From assembly GCA_031379735.1 (NCBI GenBank), contig JANNFK010000031.1, positions 162-64,161 on the forward strand: 64,000 nucleotides of DNA, in the 5' to 3' direction. Every line of letters starts with the position of its first letter. Position 1 is the stretch's first letter. A model generated the notes under the pieces. The model was given only the letters and a program-made list of their open reading frames with translations, was not told the DNA's origin and searched no databases. Positions 35,625 to 46,708 of this stretch are shown here, in pieces. The DNA is from Caulobacteraceae bacterium (GTDB taxonomy: Bacteria; Pseudomonadota; Alphaproteobacteria; Caulobacterales; Aquidulcibacteraceae). The position numbers and the translations under genes are program-made.

Positions 35625-37346
35625 ATGACGCAAGATTCCTTGAAAAACCGGCCAAAAACGCTACGCAGCGCCGTCGTCACCAGCGGCGCAAATCGCGCTG
35701 CGGCGCGCTCGTATCTGCGGGCCGCCGGGCTCGATGACGAGGACTTTGCGCGCCCGCTGATCGCGGTAGTGAACACTTGGTCGTCAGTCACGCCGTGCAA
35801 CATGCATCTGGGCGATCTGGCCGAGCACGTGCGGCGCGGCGTTCGCGAAGCCGGCGGCGTGCCGATCGACTTCAACACCATCGTCGTCACTGACGGCATC
35901 TCGATGGGCACGCCGGGGATGAAAGCGTCGCTGATCTCACGTGAGGTTATTGCCGATTCAATTGAGCTCGCGGTGCAGGGTCACCAACTCGATGGCGTCA
36001 TCTGTATCGTCGGTTGCGACAAGACCATTCCAGCCGCAGCAATGGCTTTGGCGCGCATGGATCTGCCCGGCTGTGTGTTCTACGGCGGCACGATCATGCC
36101 GGGCCGGCATCAAGGTCGGGACATTTCTATCCAAGAGGTATTCGAGGCAATCGGCGCGCATGGCGCGGGCGCAATGGATGATGCGGAACTGAAGGAAGTC
36201 GAGCGCGCGGCATGCCCGGCGGCAGGGGCGTGCGGCGGGCAATTCACCGCCAACACGATGGCGATGGCGCTCTCGATGATGGGCCTCTCCCCTATGGGCG
36301 CGAACGATGTGCCGGCGGTTCATGCAGGCAAGGCCGCCGAAGGCGAACGCTGCGGCCGCGTCGCGGTGGAACTGGTGCGGAGCGGTTTAAACGCTTCGCG
36401 ATTCATCACGACGGAATCTCTGCGGAACGCGGCCGTGGCAGTGTCCGCGAGCGGCGGTTCAACCAATGCCGTGCTCCATCTGACGGCGATCGCTGCCGAA
36501 GCGGGCGTCGCGTTCGGCGTCGAGGATTGCAACGACGCTTGCGAGATTACACCCGTCATCTGCGACTTGCGGCCTGGCGGGCGCTTTCTGGCGCATGATC
36601 TCTTCGCCGCCGGCGGCACGCGCTTGGTCGCCAAGCGGCTCATGGAAACGGGCCGCATCGCCGACACGACGACAGTCTCGGGCAGAAGCTTGTTCGAGGA
36701 AGCCGCCGAGGCGGCGGAGACCGCAAATCAACAAGTCGTGCGCTCATTCAACGCGCCCGTTATGGCGCGCGGATCATACGCGGTCATCTACGGCGACATT
36801 GCCCCGGACGGCGCGGTCATCAAATTGGCTGGCCACGACGTCGAGCGCTTCGAAGGCCCCGCGCGGGTGTTCGACAGCGAAGAAGACGCTTTCGACGCCG
36901 TGCAGGCCGGTGCGATCATCGAAGGCGACGTCGTCGTCATTCGCTACGAGGGCCCCAAGGGCGGTCCTGGCATGCGCGAAATGCTGCAAGTGACCGCTGC
37001 GCTGAAGGGCCGCGGCGTGAAGAACGTCGCGCTGATCACTGACGGTCGCTTCTCCGGCGCCTCATACGGCTTTGTCGTCGGTCATGTTTCACCGGAAGCG
37101 GCCGCTGGTGGACCAATCGCGCTGCTGCGCGACGGCGACACAATCAGCATCGATGTCCGCGCACGCTTGATGGACGTGCGCGCAGATCTCCGTGGCCGCC
37201 GCGCCAACCCGCCGCAAAGGACCGCGCCCGTCGGCGCTTTCGCAAAATACGCCGCGCTCGTTGCATCTGCATCGCAAGGCGCAGTGACCATTCCCAACCC
37301 GCCGCCGCCGCAAACACGCGCCCCGGCACAACGTGAGGCATCGTGA
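35625..37346 (+). CDS. ilvD: Dihydroxy-acid dehydratase
   Basis: ATG at 35625 lies after the terminator, whereas the track start at 35592 sits inside the T-run. Motifs include TPCNMHL and IVGCDKTIPA, 573 aa. Confidence 0.9.
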   Translation: MTQDSLKNRPKTLRSAVVTSGANRAAARSYLRAAGLDDEDFARPLIAVVNTWSSVTPCNMHLGDLAEHVRRGVREAGGVPIDFNTIVVTDGISMGTPGMKASLISREVIADSIELAVQGHQLDGVICIVGCDKTIPAAAMALARMDLPGCVFYGGTIMPGRHQGRDISIQEVFEAIGAHGAGAMDDAELKEVERAACPAAGACGGQFTANTMAMALSMMGLSPMGANDVPAVHAGKAAEGERCGRVAVELVRSGLNASRFITTESLRNAAVAVSASGGSTNAVLHLTAIAAEAGVAFGVEDCNDACEITPVICDLRPGGRFLAHDLFAAGGTRLVAKRLMETGRIADTTTVSGRSLFEEAAEAAETANQQVVRSFNAPVMARGSYAVIYGDIAPDGAVIKLAGHDVERFEGPARVFDSEEDAFDAVQAGAIIEGDVVVIRYEGPKGGPGMREMLQVTAALKGRGVKNVALITDGRFSGASYGFVVGHVSPEAAAGGPIALLRDGDTISIDVRARLMDVRADLRGRRANPPQRTAPVGAFAKYAALVASASQGAVTIPNPPPPQTRAPAQREAS

Positions 37347-38347
37347 TGAAAGTCTATGGCGTCGATGACGTGAGTAGCGCTGCGCTGGAAGGCCAGCGCA
37401 TCGCCGTGATTGGCTATGGCAGCCAAGGTCGCGCGCATGCGCAGAACTTGCGCGACAGCGGTTATGACGTGGTCGCGGGCGTGCGCAAGGGCGGCAAAGG
37501 CTGGACCAATGCGCGCGCCGACCGCATCGACACCGCCGAACCGATCGACGCCGTCGATGGCGCCGATCTGATCGCATTTCTGACGCCGGACATGGCGCAA
37601 GAAGCGATCTGGAACGAAGTCATCGCGCCGAAAGCAAAAAAGGGCGCGGCACTGCTCTTTGCACACGGATTCTCCATCCATTACGGCCGGGTAAAGCCGC
37701 GCGCGGATTTGGACGTCGTGCTGGTGGCGCCGAAAGGCCCAGGCGATCTAGTGCGCCGCGAGTTTGTGCGAGGCCGCGGCGTGCCTGCGCTGTTCGCGGT
37801 TTTTCAGGACGCGACCGAGACCGGCCGCAACCGCGCCATGGCGTACGCAAAAGGCATTGGCGGCGCCGAAGGCGGCCTCATCGAAACGACATTTGCGGAA
37901 GAAACCGAGACGGACCTGTTCGGCGAACAGGCCGTGCTGTGCGGCGGCGCCAAGGAATTGGTGATGGCCGGATACCAGACCTTGGTCGACGCCGGCTATC
38001 AGCCCGAGGTCGCGTACTTCGAGTGCATGCACGAGCTGAAGCTGATCGTCGACCTCTTCTATGAGGGCGGCATTTCGAAGATGCACGATTTCATCTCCGA
38101 GACCGCCAAGTACGGCGCCGTTGCTTCAGGCCCGCGCGTCATCAACGAGGAAACGCGCGCGCGGATGCGCGAAGTGCTGAAAGACATTCAGTCGGGCAAT
38201 TTCGCGCGCGACTGGATCCTCGAAAACCAGGCCGGCAAGCCGCGTTACAACGCCATGCTCAAGGCCGATCGCGCGCACCCCATCGAACAAACCGGCGCCG
38301 CCTTGCGTGAACGCATGGCGTGGCTGAAGTCACCGACGAACGCCTAA
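37343..38347 (+). CDS. ilvC: Ketol-acid reductoisomerase, class I (short form)
   Basis: 334 aa with VIGYGSQGRAHAQNLRDSG. Possible starts are GTG 37343 or ATG 37346, and either overlaps the ilvD stop. Confidence 0.9.
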   Translation: MMKVYGVDDVSSAALEGQRIAVIGYGSQGRAHAQNLRDSGYDVVAGVRKGGKGWTNARADRIDTAEPIDAVDGADLIAFLTPDMAQEAIWNEVIAPKAKKGAALLFAHGFSIHYGRVKPRADLDVVLVAPKGPGDLVRREFVRGRGVPALFAVFQDATETGRNRAMAYAKGIGGAEGGLIETTFAEETETDLFGEQAVLCGGAKELVMAGYQTLVDAGYQPEVAYFECMHELKLIVDLFYEGGISKMHDFISETAKYGAVASGPRVINEETRARMREVLKDIQSGNFARDWILENQAGKPRYNAMLKADRAHPIEQTGAALRERMAWLKSPTNA

Positions 38348-38351
38348 GCCA

Positions 38352-40052
38352 ATGATCAGCGCCGCCTCCCCGAAGCCTATTTCCGAAGCCGCGACGACAA
38401 CGGGCGCACGCCTTGTCGTCGAAACGCTTGACCGGCTCGGGGTTGAGGTCGTCTTCGGCTATCCGGGCGGCGCGATCATGCCCGTGTACGACGCGCTCAC
38501 CAGCGCGCGCTTCCGGCATATCCTGGTCCGGCACGAGCAAGCGGCAGCTTTCGCGGCGGATGCGTATGCGCGCGTCACCGGCAAGCCGGGCGTTTGCTTG
38601 GCGACATCGGGACCCGGCGCCACCAATCTGATCACCGGCATCGCCAACGCGATGATGGATTCGGTGCCGCTGGTGGCCATCACCGGCAATGTCGCCTCGC
38701 ACTTTATGGGCACGGACTCGTTCCAGGAGATCGACATCCTGGGCGCCACGCTGCCGCTGGTGAAGCACTCGTGGATCGTCCGTGATCCGAACGACATTCC
38801 CGCGATCTTCGAAGAAGCCTTTCATATCGCCGCATCGGGACGCCCAGGCCCGGTGCTGATCGATCTGCCGAAAGACGTGCAGATCGGCGCCGCCACCGTT
38901 GCGCCTCCTCCCGCCATTCACCCCCAGGGAAGCGCGCAACGGATTGATCCGGCGCAACTGCGCCGCGCCGAATCCGCCATCGGCGCGGCGCAACGGCCGC
39001 TGCTTTATATTGGCGGCGGCGTTCGCATCGCTGGCGCGGTTGAGGAGGTTCGCGCGTTCGCCCGCGCGACGGACATACCGGCCGTTTGCACCTTGCAGGG
39101 CCTGGGCGTCCTGCCTGCCGATTGGCCACAACAGCTAGGCATGATGGGCATGCACGGCCTGCGCGCCGCCAATGAAGCGGTGCAAGCCTGCGATCTGCTG
39201 ATTGTGCTGGGCGCGCGGTTCGACGATCGGGCAACTGGCCATCTGGCGGGCTTTGCACCACACGCACGCGTCATCCATATCGACATCGACGCCGCAGAAA
39301 TTGGAAAACTGCGCGACGCGCAGATCGCAATTACTGGCGACGTGAAAGCCGTGCTGCCGCTGCTGAAGCCGCGTCCGCCTCAGATCGAGGCATGGCGGAC
39401 GCACTGCACGACGGCAAAAGCCGCTCACGCATTTCGCTACGACGCGCCGGGTCAAGGCGTGTACGCGCCAGCTTTGCTGAAAGAATTGTCCGAGCGCGCT
39501 GGTGATCGCTTCATCGCGGCTTGCGACGTTGGCCAACATCAGATGTGGGTCGCACAGCACTGCACCTTCGCCGCGCCTGAAGCACATCTGACCTCAGGTG
39601 GCTTGGGTGCGATGGGCTACGGCCTACCGGCGGGCATGGGCGCAAAGCTCGCAAACCCGGACGCGCATGTCGTCACCATCTCAGGCGACGGGTCGTTCGC
39701 GATGAACATCCAAGAGCTGGCGACGCTGCGGCGCTACGGCATCGCGCTGAAAATCGTACTGTTGGACAATTCCTCGCTGGGCCTGGTGCGTCAGTGGCAG
39801 GAACTTTTCTTCGATCGTAATTTCAGCGAGATTGATCTCAGCGACAATCCTGATTTCGTGGCGGTCGCTCACGCGTTCGGCGTCGACGCGTTTCGAATTA
39901 GTAGGCGCGAGGAAGTCTCGCCAGGGATTGCGCGCCTGCTCGCTGCGCCCGGCCCCTGCCTCGCGCATGTCCTCATCGACGCAAAAGAAAACGTCTGGCC
40001 GCTCGTGCCGCCAGGCAAAAGCAATTCAGACATGATCCACGGAGAGCCTTAA
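38352..40052 (+). CDS. ilvG: Acetolactate synthase (acetohydroxyacid synthase) large subunit
   Basis: 566 aa. ThDP enzyme pattern (GYPGGAIMPVYDAL, GLGAMGYGLPAGMGAK, ISGDGSFAMNIQEL). The ilvG symbol is chosen only because the partner subunit looks IlvM-like. Confidence 0.85.
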   Translation: MISAASPKPISEAATTTGARLVVETLDRLGVEVVFGYPGGAIMPVYDALTSARFRHILVRHEQAAAFAADAYARVTGKPGVCLATSGPGATNLITGIANAMMDSVPLVAITGNVASHFMGTDSFQEIDILGATLPLVKHSWIVRDPNDIPAIFEEAFHIAASGRPGPVLIDLPKDVQIGAATVAPPPAIHPQGSAQRIDPAQLRRAESAIGAAQRPLLYIGGGVRIAGAVEEVRAFARATDIPAVCTLQGLGVLPADWPQQLGMMGMHGLRAANEAVQACDLLIVLGARFDDRATGHLAGFAPHARVIHIDIDAAEIGKLRDAQIAITGDVKAVLPLLKPRPPQIEAWRTHCTTAKAAHAFRYDAPGQGVYAPALLKELSERAGDRFIAACDVGQHQMWVAQHCTFAAPEAHLTSGGLGAMGYGLPAGMGAKLANPDAHVVTISGDGSFAMNIQELATLRRYGIALKIVLLDNSSLGLVRQWQELFFDRNFSEIDLSDNPDFVAVAHAFGVDAFRISRREEVSPGIARLLAAPGPCLAHVLIDAKENVWPLVPPGKSNSDMIHGEP

Positions 40053-40327
40053 TGACCGACACGTTCCTCATTCAGATCGATCGCGCAGAAGGCTCGCTTC
40101 AGCGCCTCATCGGTCTTGTGGAGCGCCGCGGCTTCCACATCGATCGCATGAACGTGACCGAGAATGGCGCGCATCGCGAAGTGCGCCTGGTTGTGCGCGA
40201 GCGCGACGCCGGCCGCTGCACCGGCGTGCTCGGCCGCCAGATCGATCGATTGATCGGCGTGCGCCGGATGTCGCCCGCACCGATGGCCTCTCCGCACGTA
40301 GAGGAGGCCGCATCATGCACAGTATGA
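40052..40327 (+). CDS. ilvM: Acetolactate synthase small subunit, short ACT-only form (IlvM-like)
   Basis: 91 aa. It overlaps the large-subunit stop by 1 nt (TAATG). The segment LQRLIGLVERRGFHIDRMNV resembles the E. coli IlvM core (LERVLRVVRHRGFHVCSMNM, recalled from memory). Confidence 0.6.
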   Translation: MTDTFLIQIDRAEGSLQRLIGLVERRGFHIDRMNVTENGAHREVRLVVRERDAGRCTGVLGRQIDRLIGVRRMSPAPMASPHVEEAASCTV

Positions 40328-41532
40328 GAAACGGCGAACGCGATCCAAATCGCGTCGTTGTCTTTGACACCACGCTGCGCGATGGCGAGCAGGCCCCTGG
40401 CTTCTCGATGTCGGTGGAGTCCAAGCTCAAGATGGCCGCCGCTCTGCGCGATCTCGGCGTCGACGTCATCGAAGCAGGCTTTGCTGCAGCCTCCCCTGGC
40501 GACGCTGAATCGGTTCGGCGTGTCGCTGGCGAGATCGAAGGCCCAATCTTCTGCTCGCTCTCGCGTGCTAACGAGGGCGACATCCGGACCGCCTATGGCG
40601 CCCTACAAAGTTCACCCAACCGGCGGCTACATATCTTTCTGAGCACCAGCCCGATCCATCGCGCGGCTAAGCTCAATATGACAGCCGACGAGGTGCTGGA
40701 AACAGCAGTGCGATCGGTCGAGTTCGCGCGCACCTTGTTCGACGACGTCGAGTTCTCAGCCGAAGACGCGATCCGTACGGAGCGCAGCTTCCTGGCCGAG
40801 ATCATGGAAGCGGTCGCGGATGCAGGCGCCTCGACTCTCAACATCCCGGACACGGTTGGCTATTCGACACCGGAGGAAATCGGCTCGATCTTTGCGGAGA
40901 TCAAAGCGCGCGTGACGCCGCGCCACCCCGACGTAATGATCTCGGCGCATTGCCACAACGATCTCGGGATGGCCGTCGCCAACACGCTCTCGGCAGTGGC
41001 GAACGGCGCCCGGCAAGTTGAAGTCGCGGTCAACGGTATCGGCGAGCGCGCCGGCAATTGCGCGCTTGAAGAGGTGGTGATGGCGCTGCGCACGCGCTTT
41101 GACCTCTACGGCGTATACACCGGCATCGATACAACCAAACTGGTCGCAACCAGCCGCACCCTGAGCGCCCTCACCGGCTCGCCGCTGGTGCGCAACAAGG
41201 CGATCGTCGGCATAAATGCATTTGCACACGAGGCTGGCATCCACCAGCACGGCATGCTTGCCGATGCGCGCACCTATGAAATCATGCGTCCCGAAGACGT
41301 CGGCTTCTCTGGTTCGCGTTTGGTGCTCGGCAAGCATTCGGGCCGTCACGCCATCGCGCAGCGCGCCGAGGCCTTGGGCTACCGGTTGAGCGGCAACGAA
41401 CTGGGCTACGTCTTTGCCGACTTCAAACGCCGCGCTGACGAGATCGGCGAGATCGATGACGACGAATTGGTCTCCATCATCTCCGTCGTTGCGGCGAACA
41501 ATGCGCGGGGGCATTATGCAACCGCCTCCTAA
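40315..41532 (+). CDS. leuA: 2-isopropylmalate synthase family enzyme, short form lacking the C-terminal LeuA regulatory domain (could be a citramalate synthase)
   Basis: 405 aa. It has the DRE-TIM barrel ([40 protein letters not shown]) and GKHSGRHA. The protein ends right after subdomain II. leuC starts 17 nt before its stop. Confidence 0.75.
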   Translation: MHSMRNGERDPNRVVVFDTTLRDGEQAPGFSMSVESKLKMAAALRDLGVDVIEAGFAAASPGDAESVRRVAGEIEGPIFCSLSRANEGDIRTAYGALQSSPNRRLHIFLSTSPIHRAAKLNMTADEVLETAVRSVEFARTLFDDVEFSAEDAIRTERSFLAEIMEAVADAGASTLNIPDTVGYSTPEEIGSIFAEIKARVTPRHPDVMISAHCHNDLGMAVANTLSAVANGARQVEVAVNGIGERAGNCALEEVVMALRTRFDLYGVYTGIDTTKLVATSRTLSALTGSPLVRNKAIVGINAFAHEAGIHQHGMLADARTYEIMRPEDVGFSGSRLVLGKHSGRHAIAQRAEALGYRLSGNELGYVFADFKRRADEIGEIDDDELVSIISVVAANNARGHYATAS

Positions 41533-42946
41533 GCCGCCACGTACCTTGCTCGATAAGGTCTGGGACGATCACGTCGTCCAGGCCGAGACGGCGGATGCGC
41601 CAGCGATCCTCTACGTGGATCTGCATCTCGTGCACGAGGTGACGAGCCCGCAAGCCTTTGCCGAACTGGACCAGCGCGGACTGAAAGTGCGCCGGCCGGA
41701 TCGCACCTACGCCACGCTCGATCACTCGACGCCGACTTTACCAGCCGGTGCAGATGGCCAGCGCCCCTACACAACGCCGGCGGCGGCCTCGCAGGTCGAG
41801 ACACTACAGCGCAATTGCGCGCACCACGGCGTCACGCTGGCGGGCTGGGACAGCGAAGACCGCGGCGTTGTGCATGTGATGGCGCCCGAATTGGGACTGA
41901 CCCAGCCCGGCATGGTCATCGTCTGCGGCGATAGCCACACCGCGACACATGGCGCCTTCGGCGCGTTGGCATTCGGTATCGGCACGTCTGAGGTTGGCCA
42001 CGTGCTGGCGACACAATGCCTGCTGCAACGCAAGCCAAAGCGCATGCGCGTGACCGTCGATGGCGCGCTGCAAAGTGGCGTCTCGGCGAAGGACCTCACA
42101 CTGGCGGTGATCGCACGCATCGGGTTCGGCGGCGGTTCGGGCTATGTGGTTGAGTACGCGGGCGAAGCAATCCGTGCGCTCGACATGGAAGGGCGGATGA
42201 CGCTCTGCAACATGTCGATCGAAGCCGGCGCCCGCGCTGGAATGATTGCGCCGGATGAGAAGACACTTGCGTTCCTGCGCGGCCGGCGTCGCGCGCCCGA
42301 CGACGCGGCCTTCGAAACAGCAGCGGCGCGGTGGCTCACCTACTCCACCGACGATGGCGCGACGTTCGACCACGAAATCCGCGTTGATGGCGCGGCGATC
42401 ACGCCGATGGCGACATTCGGCACCACGCCGGATGCGGCGCTGCCGATCGGCGCGCGGACGCCAACACCCAAGAACGAGTCCGAACGAAAGGCGCTCGACT
42501 ACATGCGTTTCGCCGCAGGAGAGGCGACGACCAGCCATCCCGTCGACGTCGTGTTCGTGGGATCATGCACGAACGGGCGCATCTCAGATTTGCGCGACGC
42601 GGCTGACGTTTTGCGCGGACGGCGGATCAAAGACGGCGTGCGAATGCTGGTAGTGCCTGGCTCCGAGGCGGTTAAGCGCCAGGCCGAGTCCGAAGGCCTG
42701 GATCGTGTGTTCATCGACGCAGGCGCCGAATGGCGTTTGCCAGGGTGTTCGATGTGCATCGCCATGAACGGCGATTTCGTCGCCCCGGGTCAGCTCGCAG
42801 TTTCTACGTCGAACCGCAACTTCGAGGGCCGCCAGGGCAAAGGCGCGCGCACCATTCTCGCAAGCCCCGCGACGGCGGCGGCGAGCGCAATTGCAGGCGT
42901 GCTCGCCGATCCACGGACCTACACGCGGGAGCCAGCTCATGTCTGA
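41516..42946 (+). CDS. leuC: 3-isopropylmalate dehydratase large subunit
   Basis: Internal ATG at 41516 ([21 protein letters not shown]). Aconitase-family cysteines are present ([23 protein letters not shown]). Confidence 0.9.
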   Translation: MQPPPKPPRTLLDKVWDDHVVQAETADAPAILYVDLHLVHEVTSPQAFAELDQRGLKVRRPDRTYATLDHSTPTLPAGADGQRPYTTPAAASQVETLQRNCAHHGVTLAGWDSEDRGVVHVMAPELGLTQPGMVIVCGDSHTATHGAFGALAFGIGTSEVGHVLATQCLLQRKPKRMRVTVDGALQSGVSAKDLTLAVIARIGFGGGSGYVVEYAGEAIRALDMEGRMTLCNMSIEAGARAGMIAPDEKTLAFLRGRRRAPDDAAFETAAARWLTYSTDDGATFDHEIRVDGAAITPMATFGTTPDAALPIGARTPTPKNESERKALDYMRFAAGEATTSHPVDVVFVGSCTNGRISDLRDAADVLRGRRIKDGVRMLVVPGSEAVKRQAESEGLDRVFIDAGAEWRLPGCSMCIAMNGDFVAPGQLAVSTSNRNFEGRQGKGARTILASPATAAASAIAGVLADPRTYTREPAHV

Positions 42947-43520
42947 CCGTTTCACCGCGTTCACCTCGCGCACATTCGTGCTCCCCCAAGCCAACATCGA
43001 CACGGATCAGATCATCCCAGCGCGGTTTTTGACGACGACGACGCGCGACGGTTTGGGTGCGGCGGCATTCTACGATTGGCGGTATGACGCAAACGAGAAA
43101 CCGTTGCCGGACGCGCCGCTGAACACATTGGATCGCAGCGAGCACCGCGTACTGGTCGCGGGCGATAACTTCGCTTGCGGCTCCTCACGCGAACATGCGC
43201 CGTGGGCTTTGGTCGATTACGGATTCCGGGCCGTCATTTCGACCAGCATCGCCGACATCTTCTCCTCTAACGCGCTGAAGAACGGCTTATTGCCGATCAC
43301 AGTCGATGAAGAAACGCACGCACGACTGCTCGCCGATTCCGGCGGTCGCGTTTCAATCAATCTAGAAAATTGCGAGCTCTCCATCGGCAACGCGCCGCCG
43401 ATCAAGTTCGCCGTCGAGCCATTCGCGCGACGTTGCCTCATCGAAGGGGTCGATCCGCTTGGTTGGTTGCTCGATCGCACCTCCGCAATAGAAGCCTTTG
43501 AAACGAAAGCTGCAGCATGA
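42939..43520 (+). CDS. leuD: 3-isopropylmalate dehydratase small subunit
   Basis: Internal ATG at 42939 ([31 protein letters not shown]). [17 protein letters not shown] is present. Confidence 0.9.
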   Translation: MSDRFTAFTSRTFVLPQANIDTDQIIPARFLTTTTRDGLGAAAFYDWRYDANEKPLPDAPLNTLDRSEHRVLVAGDNFACGSSREHAPWALVDYGFRAVISTSIADIFSSNALKNGLLPITVDEETHARLLADSGGRVSINLENCELSIGNAPPIKFAVEPFARRCLIEGVDPLGWLLDRTSAIEAFETKAAA

Positions 43521-44602
43521 CCTTTGCGATAACTCTCCTTCCTGGCGACGGCGTTGGCCCGGAAGTCACGCGCGTCGCAAAAGATGTGTTGCAGGCGGTT
43601 GGCGAGCGCTTCGACCGCAGCTTCACGTTCGACACTCAGCTTATCGGCGGCGCGGCGATCGACGCCGAAGGTGAAGCGCTCACGCAGGAGACGATCGCTT
43701 CCTGCAGGCAATCGCGCGCTGTGTTCTTGGGCGCTGTTGGCGGTCCCAAGTGGGAGCGCGGACCGCGTCGGCCGGAGCAGGGCTTGCTCGAACTACGCAA
43801 GGCGCTTGGCCTCTTCGCCAACATACGTCCGGTGCGTGTGTACGACAGCCTCCTAGATCGATCGCCCCTGCGGCCCGAGATCGTCGACGACGTCGATCTG
43901 GTGATCTTTCGCGAGCTCACTGGCGGCGCCTATTTCGGTGAGAAGCGCCGCGGCGCCGACTTTGCGAGCGATCAATGCATCTACACCGTCGCCGAGATCG
44001 AACGCATCGCACACGCGGCCTTCGCGGCGGCGCGTGCGCGGCGCGGCAAAGTCACATCGGTGGACAAAGCCAACGTGATGGAGACAAGCCGTCTCTGGCG
44101 CGAGGTGGTGACGCGCCTTCACACCGAGCGCTATTCCGACGTGAAGCTTGAGCACGCGCTCGTGGATTCCATGGCTATGCAGCTCATCCGTCAGCCACGT
44201 GCGTATGACGTGATCCTCACCGAGAATATGTTCGGCGACATCCTCTCCGACGAAGCTTCGGTGCTCGGGGGCTCGATTGGTTTGGCGCCCTCCGCGTCAC
44301 TTGGCTCAGGCGGTCCCGGCCTCTTCGAACCGGTGCACGGTTCGGCGCCCGACATTGCCGGACGCGACCTCTGCAATCCGGTTGGCGCCGTGCTCTCTGT
44401 CGCCCTGCTGCTCCGCTATGGCTTGCGCCTCTCGGATGAAGCCAGCGCCGTGGAAGCGGCGGTCGAGCGCGCCATCGTCAGCGGCGCGCGCACAGCGGAT
44501 CTCGGCGGCGATCTCGGATGCCGCGCTATGGGCGACAGCATCGTCGATGAATTGCTTCGCTCCGCCGCCGTGACGCACGGCGCGCAGATGCATTGGGGCT
44601 GA
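43517..44602 (+). CDS. leuB: 3-isopropylmalate dehydrogenase
   Basis: 361 aa with LPGDGVGPEV, NMFGDILSDEAS and GSAPDIAG. Confidence 0.9.
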   Translation: MTFAITLLPGDGVGPEVTRVAKDVLQAVGERFDRSFTFDTQLIGGAAIDAEGEALTQETIASCRQSRAVFLGAVGGPKWERGPRRPEQGLLELRKALGLFANIRPVRVYDSLLDRSPLRPEIVDDVDLVIFRELTGGAYFGEKRRGADFASDQCIYTVAEIERIAHAAFAAARARRGKVTSVDKANVMETSRLWREVVTRLHTERYSDVKLEHALVDSMAMQLIRQPRAYDVILTENMFGDILSDEASVLGGSIGLAPSASLGSGGPGLFEPVHGSAPDIAGRDLCNPVGAVLSVALLLRYGLRLSDEASAVEAAVERAIVSGARTADLGGDLGCRAMGDSIVDELLRSAAVTHGAQMHWG

Positions 44603-44631
44603 GCCCCCTAAAACTGAATTGGAGTATCCCG

Positions 44632-45534
44632 GTGTCTATCGTTCCTTTCGATGATCGCGATGGTTGGATCTGGCTGGACGGCCGCTTCGTGCCGTGGCGC
44701 GACGCAAAACTGCACGTGCTTAGCCACGCCATGCACTACGGCTCTGGCGTGTTTGAAGGCGAGCGTATGTACAATGGCGCCATCTTCGAACTCGACGCCC
44801 ATACGCGTCGGCTGTTTCACTCCGCCGAAACCCTAGACTTCGAAATTCCGTTCACGGTGGAAGAAATCAGCCAAGCGTGCATTGACGCCTGCGACAAGAA
44901 CGGTTTCGCGGATTGCTACGTGCGCCCGATCGCCTGGCGTGGCTCGGAACAACTGAGCGTGTCGGCGCGGGAAACGCGCACCCATGTCGCCGTCGCGGTG
45001 TGGGCTTGGCCCAAGTATTTCGACGCCGCCCGCTTCAATCGCGGCATACGCTTGTGCTGGGCCAAGTATCGCCGCCCGCCCGCCGAAGCCGCGCCAACAT
45101 CGGCCAAAGCCGTCGGCCTCTACATGATCTGCACAGTCTCCAAGAACGTGGCTGAACGCGCCGGTTATGACGATGCGTTGATGTTGGATTGCAGCGGCAA
45201 TATCGCCGAGACCACCGGCGCGAACATCTTTTTCGTTCGCGACGGCGTGCTCTATACGCCAACGCCAGATTGCTTTCTGAACGGCATTACCCGGAAGACG
45301 GTCATCAAGCTCGCGCATGAGTCCGGCTTCCAGGTGAAAGAAACGCGCATCCGCCCCGAAGACTTGGCGACGTTCTCCGAGTGCTTCGTGGTCGGCACGG
45401 CGGCGGAAGTCACGCCGGTCGGCGAAATTGCCGAGCATCGCTTCCGCCCATCGGAGATAACGTTCTCATTGGTTGAGCGCTATGCAAGGCATGTGATAGG
45501 CCGCCAAGAGGCGCGCGCCTTGACGAATGCGTAG
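44632..45534 (+). CDS. ilvE: Branched-chain amino acid aminotransferase (fold type IV)
   Basis: GTG at 44632 has GGAG 8 nt upstream and gives [22 protein letters not shown]. The pattern [13 protein letters not shown] is present. Confidence 0.85.
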   Translation: MSIVPFDDRDGWIWLDGRFVPWRDAKLHVLSHAMHYGSGVFEGERMYNGAIFELDAHTRRLFHSAETLDFEIPFTVEEISQACIDACDKNGFADCYVRPIAWRGSEQLSVSARETRTHVAVAVWAWPKYFDAARFNRGIRLCWAKYRRPPAEAAPTSAKAVGLYMICTVSKNVAERAGYDDALMLDCSGNIAETTGANIFFVRDGVLYTPTPDCFLNGITRKTVIKLAHESGFQVKETRIRPEDLATFSECFVVGTAAEVTPVGEIAEHRFRPSEITFSLVERYARHVIGRQEARALTNA

Positions 45535-45556
45535 CAGCGGAACGAGGGTGCAAGCC

Positions 45557-46693
45557 ATGCCCTCCGGAGACGCTGCCCAGACCCATGCCCTACTTCTCAG
45601 CACGTCTAAGCGCGTGGTGGTGAAGATTGGCTCGGCGCTGATCGTCGATAGCGGCACCGGCCAACCCGCGCGCGCTTGGCTGAACTCACTCGCCGACGAT
45701 GTCGCGGCGATGCTAAAGAACGGCCAGCGAGTGCTGATCGTGTCGTCCGGCGCGATCGCGCTTGGCCGCCGCGCGCTTGGGCTGCAAAAAACGCCGCGTC
45801 TCGATCACAAGCAGGCCGCGGCCGCAGCGGGACAAGCGCGCCTGATGAGCGCCTTCGAAGACGCGTTCTCGCGCCATGACCTCGTCGTTGCGCAAGCGCT
45901 GCTCACCATCGACGATACCGAGCGCCGCCGCCGTTGGCTCAACGCCCGCGCAACTTTGGATACATTGCTGGCGCTCGGCGCGGTGCCGATCATCAATGAG
46001 AACGATACTGTCGGAACCGAAGAAATCCGCTACGGCGATAACGACCGGCTGGCCGCGCGCGTGGCCCAGATGATCTCCGCCGAAGCGCTCATTCTCTTTT
46101 CGGACATCGATGGCCTCTACGACGACGACCCGCGCAATAATGCCGAAGCTAGGTTCATCGCTGAGGTCAAAGAGATTACGCCGCACATCGAAGCGATGGC
46201 TGGTTCGGCAAACGTGCTGGGCTCCGGCGGCATGCGCACCAAGATCGAGGCCGCAAAGATTGCGATGGCAGCCGGTTGCGCTGTCGCAATAACGAAAGGC
46301 GCCATCGCTCATCCGATTGCCGCGCTACAGGGCGGCGCACGCGCCACGTGGTTTCTGCCGCGCACGACCACGCGCGCCGCCTATAAGAGCTGGATCGGTG
46401 GCGCACTCTCCCCGCGTGGGGCCTTGGTTCTCGACGACGGCGCCGCCGCCGCGGTGAGATCAGGCAAAAGCCTGCTTGTGTCCGGCGTCGCCGAGGTGCG
46501 TGGCGGCTTCGAAAAGGGCGACACCGTGCGGCTGCTAACGTCGGACGGCACGGCCGTCGGTAGCGGCATTGTGCGTTATGACGCCATCGACGCGACGCGC
46601 ATCCGTGGAATAAAGAGCGCAGCGATCTTGCCAACACTGGGATTTGACGTCGGTCCGGAGCTCGTTCATGCGGACGATCTCGTGCTCGCCTGA
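45557..46693 (+). CDS. proB: Glutamate 5-kinase with C-terminal PUA domain
   Basis: [20 protein letters not shown] and NDRLAA are present, and the tail is PUA-like. The start is either ATG 45557 or the upstream track start at 45527. Confidence 0.85.
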   Translation: MPSGDAAQTHALLLSTSKRVVVKIGSALIVDSGTGQPARAWLNSLADDVAAMLKNGQRVLIVSSGAIALGRRALGLQKTPRLDHKQAAAAAGQARLMSAFEDAFSRHDLVVAQALLTIDDTERRRRWLNARATLDTLLALGAVPIINENDTVGTEEIRYGDNDRLAARVAQMISAEALILFSDIDGLYDDDPRNNAEARFIAEVKEITPHIEAMAGSANVLGSGGMRTKIEAAKIAMAAGCAVAITKGAIAHPIAALQGGARATWFLPRTTTRAAYKSWIGGALSPRGALVLDDGAAAAVRSGKSLLVSGVAEVRGGFEKGDTVRLLTSDGTAVGSGIVRYDAIDATRIRGIKSAAILPTLGFDVGPELVHADDLVLA

Positions 46694-46708
46694 TAGGCTC
46701 ACGCCGAA

